This document shows, in pieces, positions 1 to 12,299 of a DNA stretch of 64,000 bases. The notes under the pieces are model-generated. The model worked only from the letters and a program-made list of their open reading frames with translations. It did no database searches and was not told the origin of the DNA. The stretch spans positions 8,263,404 through 8,327,403 of the forward strand of contig CM082585.2 of the NCBI GenBank assembly GCA_040954595.2, written 5' to 3'. The stretch comes from Balanoglossus misakiensis (taxonomy: Eukaryota; Animalia; Hemichordata). The translations under genes were made by a program, and so were the position numbers. Within the stretch, counting starts at the first letter, position 1; every line of letters starts with the position of its first letter.

Positions 1-119
1 ACTTTCTAAATTTTATTGTGATTAAAAAAAAAAAATTGAAGAGTGATATAGTATTGCCCATTTGTACATTGACTGAAACTTAACATTTGCTTACCTAGTA
101 TTTTACTTGAATGTTTCAG

Positions 120-1008
120 AGGATACATTAGTCTATTTAGATCCACACACAACTCAACCAGCAGTAGATGTAAACAAGTGGGGAAGTGTTCCAGACAGCA
201 GTTATCATACCAAAGAACCATGTCGTATGAACGTTATGCATCTTGACCCATCGATAGCTTTGGTAAGTATCATTTAACTCAACCAACGAAATGCACATAT
301 CCTGTTAAGGGGTTCCTGACTATTCTGAATCCTATTTGCCTGGAGATGTACAGGTTTAACTTTTGCATGATATCACATGAACTGTCAGTTGTTGATAATT
401 ATTGTTGTGATGTCATTTTATGTCCTCAGGGTTTCTTTTGTAAAGACGAAGAAGACTTTGTTGATCTCTGTAAGAGTATTAGCATGGTACGTAGGAATTC
501 ATACTGTATAGTTATAATTCTACCAAATCAATTATATAATCATACATAGAAATTTTAGCAAAACAAATATTAAAATGTAATACTGCTATGATTTAGAACG
601 AGCGTTGATTTGTTATTTCTCTCTTTTTATAGTTGGTCGTGGAGGGACAGGAACGCCCCATGTTTGAGATCACAGAAGAAAGGCCACATCACTGGCCTCC
701 ATTTCAGCCATCCAGCAGAGTGTCTGACAGACCACTAGGTATGACATCTTGAGATTTCTTTGACTGCTGCGGTATTTGTGAGTAGGTGGTGATGTGGTGG
801 TCTCATGATAGAGGCACAACCTCAGACCGGCGTGTAAAATTCTCAGAGGAATGCACAGATTTCCGATGGCTAATAACACAGCCTGTTTGATTTCTTAACT
901 ATCTGAACTATCTTTGTGGTTCACACAGGGGCTGTGGAGTTGACGTACGATGTCCCGGACGACAAGGACATCAAGTACGATACAGACGAGGAATTCGAGC
1001 TCTTATGA
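120..1008 (+). CDS. ATG4B: Cysteine protease ATG4 (ATG4A/B-like), last four coding exons; 5' part lies outside the window
   Basis: GT-AG exons 120-262, 430-486, 633-738 and 929-1008 splice in frame to ...LVYLDPHTTQP...LDPSIALGFFCKDEEDF...RPMFEI...YDTDEEFELL*. YLDPH carries the catalytic Asp/His of peptidase C54, and the acidic F-x-x-L C-terminus matches the ATG4A/B LIR. Confidence 0.9.
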
Positions 1009-2865
1009 TGAAACAAGGCGGACTAGGTCCCGTCAACACTTCGCGGTATTATACACATTTACATTTACCACCGAGGGATGTGAACTAAGAGATGTACTCG
1101 TGTTCGACAGCGTTTGATGTTCAAAGTCATTGCCAAGATCTGTGAGCCAATATCGTCACCTGTGCCAAGCTGTGGTTTTGCAACAGTGTGTTTTTCGCTG
1201 ACCTGAGGGGCGTCCAGTATTTTAGATGTTTCCACCTTGACTTTGGTATTAAGTGTTGCGAGACTTCTGAAAAGTCCAAGACGTTTTTGCTTCAATCTTT
1301 CAGATGCCAGGTGTAAGAATCGATGAACTGTCAGATGTTGTGAAATGTACGCTGTGTGTCCGGTGGCAAATTTCCATGTATATTAAAATCTCAAGCTGCC
1401 ATTGTTAGTGGGCTGTTTGTGTCTTTTAGCTCGGACCCTTTCTGGAAATGTTTCTGCACACATCAGTGTTGCTTTTGTTATTGAAACTCTGTTCCAAAGT
1501 TGATTGGATAATGAAGCTCTTCGTCTCGGTTACGTGGGAAAATCTTCTGGCAATGTCGCATGATTTGAGGAAAACTATTGCTTAGTTAATGGAACACTGT
1601 ATGAAATTTCTTAGTTACATCACACTATAACTGACTCCACATAACTTATGCATGTATTGTTTAATGGGTTGCATGAGAAATTCTAAATTTCGTCACATGT
1701 AAGTTTACTATGTGCATCACAATAAGCTAGCCCCCAGCCACTGTAAAAATACAGGCCAACCAGTAAAACACAATTAATGACCTAATTCAGTTGAACATTG
1801 ACTCGGTTCGGTTCATTCACTTTTTCACCAATAAATGTATGCATTGACAATCACAAAATAGCCTCCACGACCCCTACTTAAAATATTTTAGCTTTGATGC
1901 CCCAATTCCCCAAATAATAGTCTTTTAAAAGTGATTGTGAAGACAATATTTAACAGCACATTTACTTTATGTTTTCCTTTTCTTTTCGATTTCCAGCTCG
2001 TTCATACTTTTTAAAAGTTATAATTGAGGTTGAAAGTTTTTATCTTATGGGCTCTTTTATCTCATCACAGGGAATGCAAACTTTGCTTTATGATTTCAGA
2101 ATGAGTCTAGCTTTTATGCTCATGATTTCCCCTCTGCTTAAATTGGCTATATTTAAATTTTCATGGTAGCAGTGGTTAAATGCAGTACATGCACTCTTCA
2201 AATGCCAGTTGCCTATACATTCACAAATCAATTACATGTACTGTCAAGATGATTTGCATCAGACTTTGTATACAAATAACTTAAACGCAGTACTTTTATT
2301 TAACCAAATAAGCTCTGCATTGTGGGTAATTTCAAGGACACAAGGTACCACATTTGTCGAAAAAAAAAACAATCATACAAAATGTGCCATAGTGTATTAA
2401 TTTTTTTAAGATGAGTCTTGTACCAAGAAATCTTTTAAGTCAGCAGCCAGCACTTTGAATTGTATTGCAGAGGGAGTTGATTAGTTGTACATGAAGAAAT
2501 GTTAACTTGAAATGTAACTAAAAATTGTTAAGTTTTTGTCTTCCTCAGTTGCATTTAATTTTGAAAGAATAAAATGTAAACATATCAAATTGTCAAGTGT
2601 GTGGTGATATCACTTTTGTGTGGATTTTCAATTGGCCTGTTTGTGTGGATGTCACCTTTGTATCGTTGCATGGTGGGAAGCTAAAGGAGCAAGTATATCA
2701 CTGGAGGAGGGGAGGGGGTAAATGTAAGTCAAGTTAGAAGATTCTTGATTACACCCTGGACATCTACAACAAACTACAAGTCCAATGTCATCATTGCCCA
2801 ATCTGCATAGAGCGCCCTCAACGGAGGAACAGACACTTCCTGGTTCTCTGAGAAGCTGCTTCAGC

Positions 2866-5800
2866 ATGGATGTGTTGCGTTTCTGCGGCTCTGTATTCCT
2901 TGCCTTTCTGCTTGTTGCCTCCTCCACGTCCGCTCTTCCTCGCTTCTTCAATGGAAGGCTTCGTGGTGGGATGATCGGGGCGCCCGGGCTTCGGGAGACA
3001 AAATCAGCCCCGCCGGAGAAGTGGCTCACTCATCGGTTGGACAACTTCAACGACGCCGATATGAGGAGATGGGAACAGGTGAAAGTTATCTTTGTTGGGG
3101 TGTTGTCGATTACATGTAAATGTGATAATAATCGCAATATCTTGAGATGCAAAAAAAGATCTTCAGTTTTTATTTATGCGAATCAGTATTATCGTCTCAC
3201 CATCGCGATTGTTGGCGAAAGTTCTCTTCATACAATGGGAATATACCTGACCTGACACACCCCCTTAAAAACTAACTCTCACTGTGAGTATGACCTCGAA
3301 CAAAGGTCAACCGTAAACAATGTTGTTTTGTTTGCCGTAGACTCTATACACAATCACTCAGTAGTTGTCTTCTGATCTATAATTAATCCCACCATCATCT
3401 TTCCCAGCGTTACTTCATGAGCGATGCTCATTACAAACCTGGTGGTCCGGTTTTCCTGAACATTGGTGGGGAGGGACCACTGAATTCAAACTGGTTGAAT
3501 GATGAGACCACATGGATGAGATATGCCGCAAAGTACGGAGCACTGTGTTTCCTTGTGGAACATAGATATTATGGGAAAAGCCATGCAACGAGGTGAGAAT
3601 TGATCCAACATGGATGAATACTATATTTGCCTCAGATATATAAACATGTGGGGCCATCATGATATACAGATGCTCATCTCTCACCAAACCTTTTCTCTTC
3701 ACAGTGATCTAAGCACAGAAAACCTGCAGCATCTGAGCAGTGAGCAAGCGCTTGCAGACTTAGCGTACTTCCGAAACTACATGGCTGAGAAAATGAACTT
3801 GACAGACAGCAAGTGGATTGCATTTGGTGGATCATACTCAGGTAAAAAGAACATTGGTTGTCATGGTGACTTATGCATTTTACAAAGTAAAAAGTATCCT
3901 TTTGTCCAATGTCTTTCTTCTTTCCTACCAGGTAATCTAGCTGCATGGTTACGGTTAAAATATCCACATCTGATTGATGGTGCCGTGGCAACTAGTGCTC
4001 CAGTGTTGGCCAAGTTGAACTTTACAGGTGAATGAGTTGCAATAAATGATTCTTTTTCTCTTGCTACTGAAGATAACCCCGAACTGCTTCTCAAAATTTG
4101 ATGTTTAACATATTTTATGCTGATATGTCATGTACCATACCACTGATTGGCTGAAAGTTGTTATTTCTTGACCAGAGTATCTTGAAGTGGTTCAAGATTC
4201 CTTAGCAACCAGCAGAGCTGGAGACACTTGCAACAAAAACATCAGAACAGCAGTTTCTGTGATGGAAGAGAAATTAAAAAGTAAAGAGGGACGGAAACTT
4301 CTGGAAACCATCTTTCAGTAAGTTCAAAGTCGCACATAAAGTCAACAATCGGCAACTGGCCAATCATAGTTATAATCACCAGGAAAAGTTCTTTTGCTGA
4401 CATGGAATCATCTAGTCTAAAATCATAATACCCATGATGTGGATATTATACTTTAGGGATTTCATTTCAACCCTTGCCTTCAGTGGTTGACTTTGACATT
4501 ATTGTCTCCTGGTGATCTTATTTGCAGATTGTGCAAGCCAATAGATGTGTCCAAGGAAAGGGACATTCAGAATTTCTTCAGTTCGGCTGCCGGCAACTTT
4601 GAAGGTGTTGTTCAGTACAATAAAGATAACAGAGAGTTTGAGGTATGGCTGCCTACTCTGGCATGTGGCTTTCAGTTTGAAAAAATCATCTAGCTTCCAG
4701 CCTTTTGGAAGTTGACTCTTTACTGTGGACATTCCGTAAAACTTTCTTGTCAGGGCTAAAAGAGTATATGGTCATCTGTGCCGATTTATAATCACAGGAC
4801 AATGTCCCATGCACACAACTCAATGTCTGCTGTCTATGTATTTCCAGGGAGCAGTTGGTACCAATATTACCATAGACACACTATGCGACATCATGACAGA
4901 GGCTACAATTGGCGACGAGCTCCACCGATACGCCGCAGTCAACGCTCTGATGCTGAAGACATACGGCGAGCCGTGTGTGGAGATCAGCTACGACAACATG
5001 ATACAAGAAATGAAACAAACTGAGTGGAATAGTAGTGTTGCTGAAGGAGGTATGGATATTTGCAGAGTTGAACAGACTTTCATTGAAAGATGTTTTATCT
5101 CAAGTATGTTTGAATTTCAGTTCAATGGAATTTTTTCACAGTGACAATGTGCTAAAGGTGATACAGATCTTGTTTAATATTCACCAGGGAGGCAGTGGTT
5201 CTATCAAACCTGCACAGAGTTTGGCTATTATCAGACATCGGATGCGGAGGATCAACCTTTTGGTCATCACTTCCCCCTCAGGTAAAATTCTCGTCTAGTT
5301 TTGAAAAGAAATATTAATTTTGAAATAATGTAATTTACCGGTACTAACAGTCAGAACTTTTTCAGTCATTTCTCAGAATTTGAACTGCTGAAATGTTGCC
5401 TATTGTTCATTCACTCCTTGTGGGTTTGTGAAATATTAAATTTCCATATTTGTTTTGCATCACTCTCTCTTGGTTGATTCACACATCACATGACATTTGA
5501 CCCTGTCTCCCTGACAGCTTTTCACTGCAGCAATGTGAAGAGATCTTTGGCAAGAAGTTCAACCAAACAGACCTGGAGTTTAGTGTCAAACTCACCAACA
5601 CCTTCTATGGAGGACTGGGAATCAAAACCAGTAATGTGGTTTTCCCAAATGGATCCATAGATCCCTGGCATGCTCTGGGCATCCGGAAAGATAAATCGGA
5701 AACAGTGACTGCAATCTATATTAACGGTAAGATGTGGCAGGTTGTGGGGCTTTACAGGCAGAGCTAGAGGAAAATATAACCTGGCTAGTGACTGAGAATA

Positions 5801-5988
5801 TTATGCCACAGAGAGGGTTTGTCTAAATTTGCTCAACTATGCATCTATGTCATGTCTTACTCTTGTGTCGTATCTCAACAGGGACAGCTCACTGTGCCAA
5901 TATGTATCCAGAGAGACCTGAAGATTTACAAGAGTTGAAACAAGCCAGGAAAACAATTGAAACACTAATAGGAAAATGGTTGCAGTGA
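2866..5988 (+). CDS. PRSS16: Secreted/lysosomal serine peptidase, family S28 (PRSS16 / K12H4.7-like), 10 exons
   Basis: Exons ~2866-3078, 3408-3592, 3705-3841, 3932-4027, 4176-4317, 4528-4642, 4848-5049, 5188-5281, 5518-5726, 5882-5988. Signal peptide [23 protein letters not shown]; S28 motifs [30 protein letters not shown], nucleophile [55 protein letters not shown] near 6196. Orthology to PRSS16 is by family resemblance only. Confidence 0.9.
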
Positions 5989-6641
5989 AATCAGCCAGTT
6001 ACAACGAAAAGTTGACATGTAGCCAATGGTAGATTTTCACTTTGAAGGTCACATGAAAAGAATTGTGATGTATGTTGTAGAAGAGACTATAGTGATACAT
6101 GTTTTATTTTAAATTTTATGGGCTTTATTTTGAAGTTTCTGTGTACAAGACTTTCAAAGTCTTTTTCTAAATGAATGTTGTGTATGCTGTCTGTCAATAA
6201 AATCCAGTCATGAATACCTGTATATCTCGGAGACTTGAGTCAGACATTGTTGAATGATGTACTGAAATTTTCTCCATAAGATGAAAAGGCTTTTAATAGT
6301 GACTGTCTATAAATATCCAAAAGGGGATAGGATGTCGGCAGGCAACTTGTATATAATGTGCATGTTATAGAGAGCCAGGCTTCTCATAGTATTGGCCGTG
6401 CCTTCGTAAGGTGGTCCACAAATGACCAAAGAACTCTCTGTGAACGTACACGTAGTTCTGCAAGCAACACAGACAAAACACTTGTACATGTTCTGGATCT
6501 GTATGTTGACAGTGTGTTGCTATTTTTGTAATTTGCTCATCAGAGCTGGCACAATGTACATGTGTTTGTCATGTAAAAAGACATCTTCATGAGAAAAGTG
6601 GACCAGTCCTCACAGCCTAGGCCTGTCACTCAAATCTAACA

Positions 6642-8336
6642 TCAAGGGCTGTCACTTGAACTGCTACTGCTGGAGTCTGTTGACATCACCTCGACGTCAT
6701 CTTCATTGTCTTTGGGATGACTCAGGTCCATGTTTGTGATGCTCTCATTGTTGTGTGTCACTGATGTGGAGTGGTCTGTGGACGGTTGCCATGACAGCAG
6801 GCCAGATGCACCTGTCATCAGTGCTGTGAGGGGAAATTGACCAAAAGATAACATTTAAATTCAGGCGTATTAAAAAGTTAGGGAACATATTTGCGTGCAC
6901 TCTGATTTCTACTGTTAGCAGTTATGGTATATGTATAATAATACCTGCAAGGCTCTCTGTTGTTCCATTTTGGTGTCCATTGACAGCTGGTAGGTTGCTC
7001 ATCTTCCCAAGTAGCCCCATTCTCATGTCAATGTCTGTGGGATACGGTCGCCTGGGGTCTCCTGCACAAGAACATGAAAGTGTATGTCAGTCAACAAAGT
7101 TGTATGTAATACTAGATATGATACACCCACAAACACATCAGCAAAAGCACATCTTTGCTCTCTTGGCTTTCATGAATGACAGTGAAACTCACCCGGCGCC
7201 CAAGTTAATGGTGCAGTCACAGAATGTGTTGCGCTGATGTGATGTGCATATTTGATGAGATCATCGGCTGGGATGCTATTTTGATTGGCCTGGTCTATTG
7301 CTTTCAGTTTTTCTTTGGCTTGGTAAATGGCAGTGGCCTGTAAGGGAACAAATATTACCATACTATTATCAAAGCTACTGAATTATAAAAATTATAAAAG
7401 CATCTTCTCAAGCTTATTTCATCCATACTCTAGCATGTAAAAAGTATATGTAGTTTCTTACTAGTATGTGTTCAGCCTCTTTGAGCTGCTTCTGTAATTG
7501 TTTGATGTCATGATCTCTCCTGTCAACCTCTTCTTGAAGTTGTTCCATTTCTTTCTGCCTCTCTCCCTGAGCTTCTGCTTGCTTCAGCGTGGCTCTGATT
7601 TCTTCATCTTTCTTGACTAGGGCATCGATAAGCTTTGTGTGTAGATGTGTGTGAGAGAAAGAGAGATTATAACAAATTTTCATGCCGCTAGCTGAGAATA
7701 CACTTGCCATCAAGACTCTAATTTTCCCATTCTACATAATGTTTAATATTAAAATCTTGTTGTACCTGAGGTTCTTCAGGATTTGTTGTTCTTTGGCTTC
7801 TCAATGACCCTGTGGTGTCGTTCAATTCCCTGAAAGGAAATAGATGTATGTCATGATTATGATACCTATTATTAGAAAAAGAAATCATAAATTTCTATCG
7901 ATACCTGACGTAAGGGGCGCTATTAGCAATGACCCAGTAGATACATTTACAGAAACGGACAAGTTGGATTTTGGCGACGCAACGTACACTTAAAAGGGTA
8001 GTTGACATATACTCCTACATGATTCAATGTACTACTTTTGATGTACATGTAGCGTACACCAAAAGCACATCTTGCACAATGTTGACAAGGTCCGACGGAT
8101 CGGACATGAATGTATTGAAATAATGAAAATGAAATATTGATTAAGTGGACAATAGTATTGAGGACTCTTACTTCATTTGTGGAAACTTACTTTAAATTAT
8201 AAGTTGACGGTAATCAAAGCATTCCTTTAATAATACTTGTACATAATCTTGTTTGAAAATTGCCTTACCTTGTCAGCGCCTCGGCTTCTTCAACGAGAGA
8301 CAACAGTTTTGCTTTCGTGTTGACATACGTCGCCAT
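6642..8336 (-). CDS. MED4: Mediator of RNA polymerase II transcription subunit 4
   Basis: Minus-strand exons ~8269-8336, 7766-7829, 7462-7633, 7192-7337, 6944-7062, 6642-6810 give coiled coil ...[64 protein letters not shown] and C-terminal [19 protein letters not shown], all hallmark MED4 sequences. Confidence 0.95.
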
Positions 8337-8532
8337 TTTGCTTGTAAGTTGACCTCAAATGTTGCCCAATCAGAAGATGCGTAACAATCGCGCAGCACAG
8401 TCAGGTCAAATTGGACCAATTACAGAAGGCCCTTGTGAACGATCCACGGAACAGGGCAGGCTTGGAAAACGACACGGGTAGCGTAGAAACGGACTGCAAG
8501 TTATTTCGGCACATTTAAAACAGTTTCTACTA
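8337..8532. promoter_or_regulatory. Bidirectional promoter between MED4 and EIF4E2
   Basis: Only ~196 bp separate the divergent start codons. CCAAT boxes at ~8366 (CCAATCAG) and ~8410-8420 (ATTGG/CCAAT); CpG-enriched; a YY1-like CGCCATTTT overlaps the MED4 ATG. Confidence 0.7.
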
Positions 8533-10407
8533 ATGATGAATAACAAATTTGACGCGTAAGTATACTCACTGATTACATTTAACGGGATTTGAAGTTTAAA
8601 AGGCAAATCAGTCTTATTTACTTGAGGGAAGTGCGGTCAACAAGTTTCACTCCGAGTCTGGATAGCTGCTTTCTAGACTCCAAGCTTGGAATCATGCATA
8701 AACACGTAGTAGTAAATATTGAGATCGTACTCGCATTTTCTGGGTATTATTATAAAACACTACTGTTGTGAAATTTCTTTGAGTTCACCATCAAAATATT
8801 TGCTCTGTTATGAATATACGATCGTTTCTGCACTACTTAATTGTACAGCTGTGAGGTTAAAACACCTGTATGTGTGTTGTATCTGCCGATCAGATGATTA
8901 TATTTCAGGATCAACGCAGCAGAATGGAGATAATATGTGAGAGCACGATTAACAATGTGTTTACCCAAGTTCTACTGTTGGCAACCACCATATATGATGC
9001 CATCATATATGATGAGAGCTCCTTATAGTTGGAAGAAGTTTTGATAACAAAGTTTTTTATCCGTAGGCTGAAAGACGACGACAGCGGTGAAGATAAGGAA
9101 GAGGGTGAATTTGAACAGAAAAAGCCGCAAAGGACAGGTCCAAAGGTAAGAACCATGATGAAACATTGAGAATGACCAAAGCATCCTGCCTATCAAAGTT
9201 GTCACAGCACTCTGTGTAGGAACCATTTCATCCACCAGGCCCACCAGTGTTTAACAGCATGTCCACTATTCATTGCAGGGGCCGCTGAAACCAGGGCCCG
9301 GAGAACACCGTCTGCAGTACGGATACTCGCTGTGGTTTTCAAGGAGGACACCAGGGAACAAGACTTCCTCACAGAACTATGAACAAAACATCAAATATGT
9401 AGGGTCATTCTGCTCAGTAAGTAGACTTTGTTTAAATATGAATTCAAGATCTAGACAGGCGATTTTGATAAAGCCATCTCAAAAATACATCCTCAAGTAC
9501 ACCATGCAGGAAAGTTAGTGTTACAATATAAAGAAACTAAACTTGAATCTGTCATTTTGCCCCTTTCAAGGTGGAGCAATTTTGGGCGCTGTACGCTCAC
9601 TTGGTTCGCCCTGGTGACCTATCTGGACACAGCGACTTTCATCTCTTCAAGGAGGGTATCAAACCAATGTGGGAGGTAAGACACTGAATCAACACCTGCC
9701 ATTTGGTCGTAATTTTGCTTTCTTTTGCCATACTTTACTGTCTGCGATTAATGTATAACTAGGGACACATATTTCACATCTGTTTGGTAAACTTTGCCTC
9801 CAGGATGAAGCGAACAAGAACGGTGGCAAATGGATCGTACGATTGAAGAAGGGACTTGCGTCTAGGTGTTGGGAGAATCTAATCCTGGCCATGCAGGGAG
9901 AACAGTTTATGGTCGGTGAAGAGATCTGTGGTGCTGTGGTGTCAATCAGATTTCAAGTAAGTAATTGATCATTTGCAGAATCTCTCAAACTCAGAGCCCC
10001 ATGGTCCACCCTTAGATTTGCTGCTACCGAGAGAAACAAGTCTAAACAAGTAAATCCTAACCCTAACTCTATTCTTGTACACCAGGAAGACATCATTTCT
10101 ATTTGGAACAAGACTGCCAGTGACCATGCCACCACAACTCGTATTCGGGACACGCTGAGGCGAGTGTTGAACCTGCCACCAAACACTATCATGGAGTACA
10201 AAACACATACAGACAGTATGAAGTAAGTTATATTGGGGAAAAAGAGTGCTCTTTCCTTGCTGTGTATGTTCCTAGCGAAATAGTGTACAATGTTGCCCAC
10301 CATCACTACCAACCCGTTCTTGTTATTAATGCGGTTTCTTTTTTTCTGTTTCTTTGCCCTGCAGGGATAACTCAAGCTTCAGAAACACTGACATTTTCCT
10401 CAGGTGA
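8533..10407 (+). CDS. EIF4E2: Eukaryotic translation initiation factor 4E type 2 (4EHP), 7 exons
   Basis: Exons 8533-8555, 9067-9145, 9279-9416, 9571-9675, 9804-9956, 10086-10222, 10365-10407 give MMNNKFDALKDDDSG...EHRLQYGYSLW...SVEQFWALYAH...FHLFKEGIKPMWEDEANKNGGKWIVRLKKGLASRCWENLILAM...EYKTHTDSMKDNSSFRNTDIFLR*, a class II eIF4E signature. Confidence 0.95.
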
Positions 10408-12299
10408 AAGGAAGAACATTTCTGATGTGATCATCATTGTATGAACATTGCCTGCTTCTCCGCAAGAGAACATCGATCAGTGACTTCTGTATACCAAGTG
10501 CTTATTGGCCACCGCATCCCCAAAGTGAAGTCGTATCGGAACTTTCATTTAGGTGGTTTTGTAGTTCGATGTATTTTGTAACTTCAGGTTTCTTTGACCA
10601 GAAGAAAATTTTGGAATTGGGCAGGAAACATTTTCCCTGAGTGTGAATTCAGGATAGTTTTAAAGTTGAGACAGAAATCAACACCCGACGCATTTTATAA
10701 TCCAATAAACTTTGATATGGAAGCGTTCAGACTACACTGTATATCATGTCCTAAGCAAGTACTTGGGGAAACTATCATATAAATAATCTCAATTATTCTT
10801 TGCCAATAAAAATAGTTTGGCACACTAATCATTGGTTTGTTTTTATTTTTTCACCGATGTGTTCATGTATTAATTTATAATACTCTCCAAGAGAACGTTC
10901 TTGCAAGTGAATGCTTGTTCTTTACAATAACAATGGCGTCGCACCTCCATTTATGGCGCCCTCTACACGAGTTCAGTACAATCAAAATGTCGTCTGCTGC
11001 AGCTGCATGCATCGGATACAGCCAGACAAAACTTTTTGGAGAGCACACGTCTTTCACCGGCGGTGATGCTCTGTATTTGAATGTCCAAACCCGGACTGGA
11101 ACAGATTCATGAGTGATATCCAGTTATTATTACCAAAAAAGCGCGAATACCCGATGTGTTCAAGCCAGCTGCAGGCCGACTTCAAAAATTTGACTCGACC
11201 AACACCCACGTAGCTAGGGATGCAAACAACAAACATCGTGTCGTTCATGTTTTCGGTTATAAAAATGACGCTCGCTAACGATGATATCACATACTTACAA
11301 AGAAGAGTAGAAACCTCGTCTGAAATTCTCTCCACAATATTTAAACGGGTACCCTAAATTATACTGACAAGTGTGCTTACCTGACACGTCGCTCACATCA
11401 GCGCAGGTCGACCGTTCTGCCGTAGGCCACATGCACACACACACACGCTTCAAGTTCCATGAAACACAGTGGATCCAAACTCTTGCTTCTCTGAAAACTG
11501 TACCTTCAATATCCAAATAAACGCGAAATTCGCCTGTAAGGATGCTCATTTCGGAAGAAGAATAAGTAATTGTCCATCTTCAGTTGTTTTGCTGCTCACG
11601 TACGTCCCAGTGTGCAGCCGCGAATGACGTAAGAGAGGCAAACACCACAAATTTGTTTATGGTAATATTCCTATTGTTATGTAAATTATTCTACTAGGCT
11701 AGTCGAGTCCACACAGTGTCACAGACTTACCATGCATGCATATAGGCCTACGTTCTAAAAATCCCGAGGATGTGCACAACGAAATTGTATGATAACGTGT
11801 TTATTGTGATATAAAACTGACGTGTATTCCAAAAGATCAATAATACAGACTTTAATAAACACAACTTAACTCTCGGGTTACAAAGAACAAAAAACTCTAT
11901 CAAAATACATATCAAATACACTCAGTCGGTCCATGTCCGAATCAATTGATTGACCTTTCGATATAGCATCACGCTTGTAATCGGATTGTATGTATAAACA
12001 TCATCAAGACTAAATTCTGAGACACGCGCACTGAATGCCAACGTCGCTTGAAAGTTAAGGTACCTGTATTACTGTCTTTTTGTTTTTTTCAAAACAATTC
12101 AACATTTGTCTGATAAAGTAGTAAAACGTTCTCTTTTTAACTGAAAATTCTACTACTAGGCAAAAAAGTGTTAATCAACCTCATATTTTGTCTACAGAAT
12201 TCGGTAAATACCAGCCGTCGAGGGAAAACTCCAGGCCCTGTCTGTAAATGTACTTCGGTAATAAATGTTAATGTCGAGATCCCATCCACAGTACCACTT

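Noticed and set aside
2785-2865. Upstream in-frame ATG extending the S28 peptidase
   Set aside because: ATG 2866 directly precedes a typical signal peptide; the extension has no support and overlaps probable promoter sequence.
4514-4526. GATCTTATTTGCA matching the array palindrome arm
   Set aside because: A 13-bp match forming an ordinary splice acceptor in the S28 gene; likely chance.
10055-10070. CCTAACCCTAAC telomere-like bit in an EIF4E2 intron
   Set aside because: Only two units, at the expected branch-point position; not evidence of a telomeric insertion.
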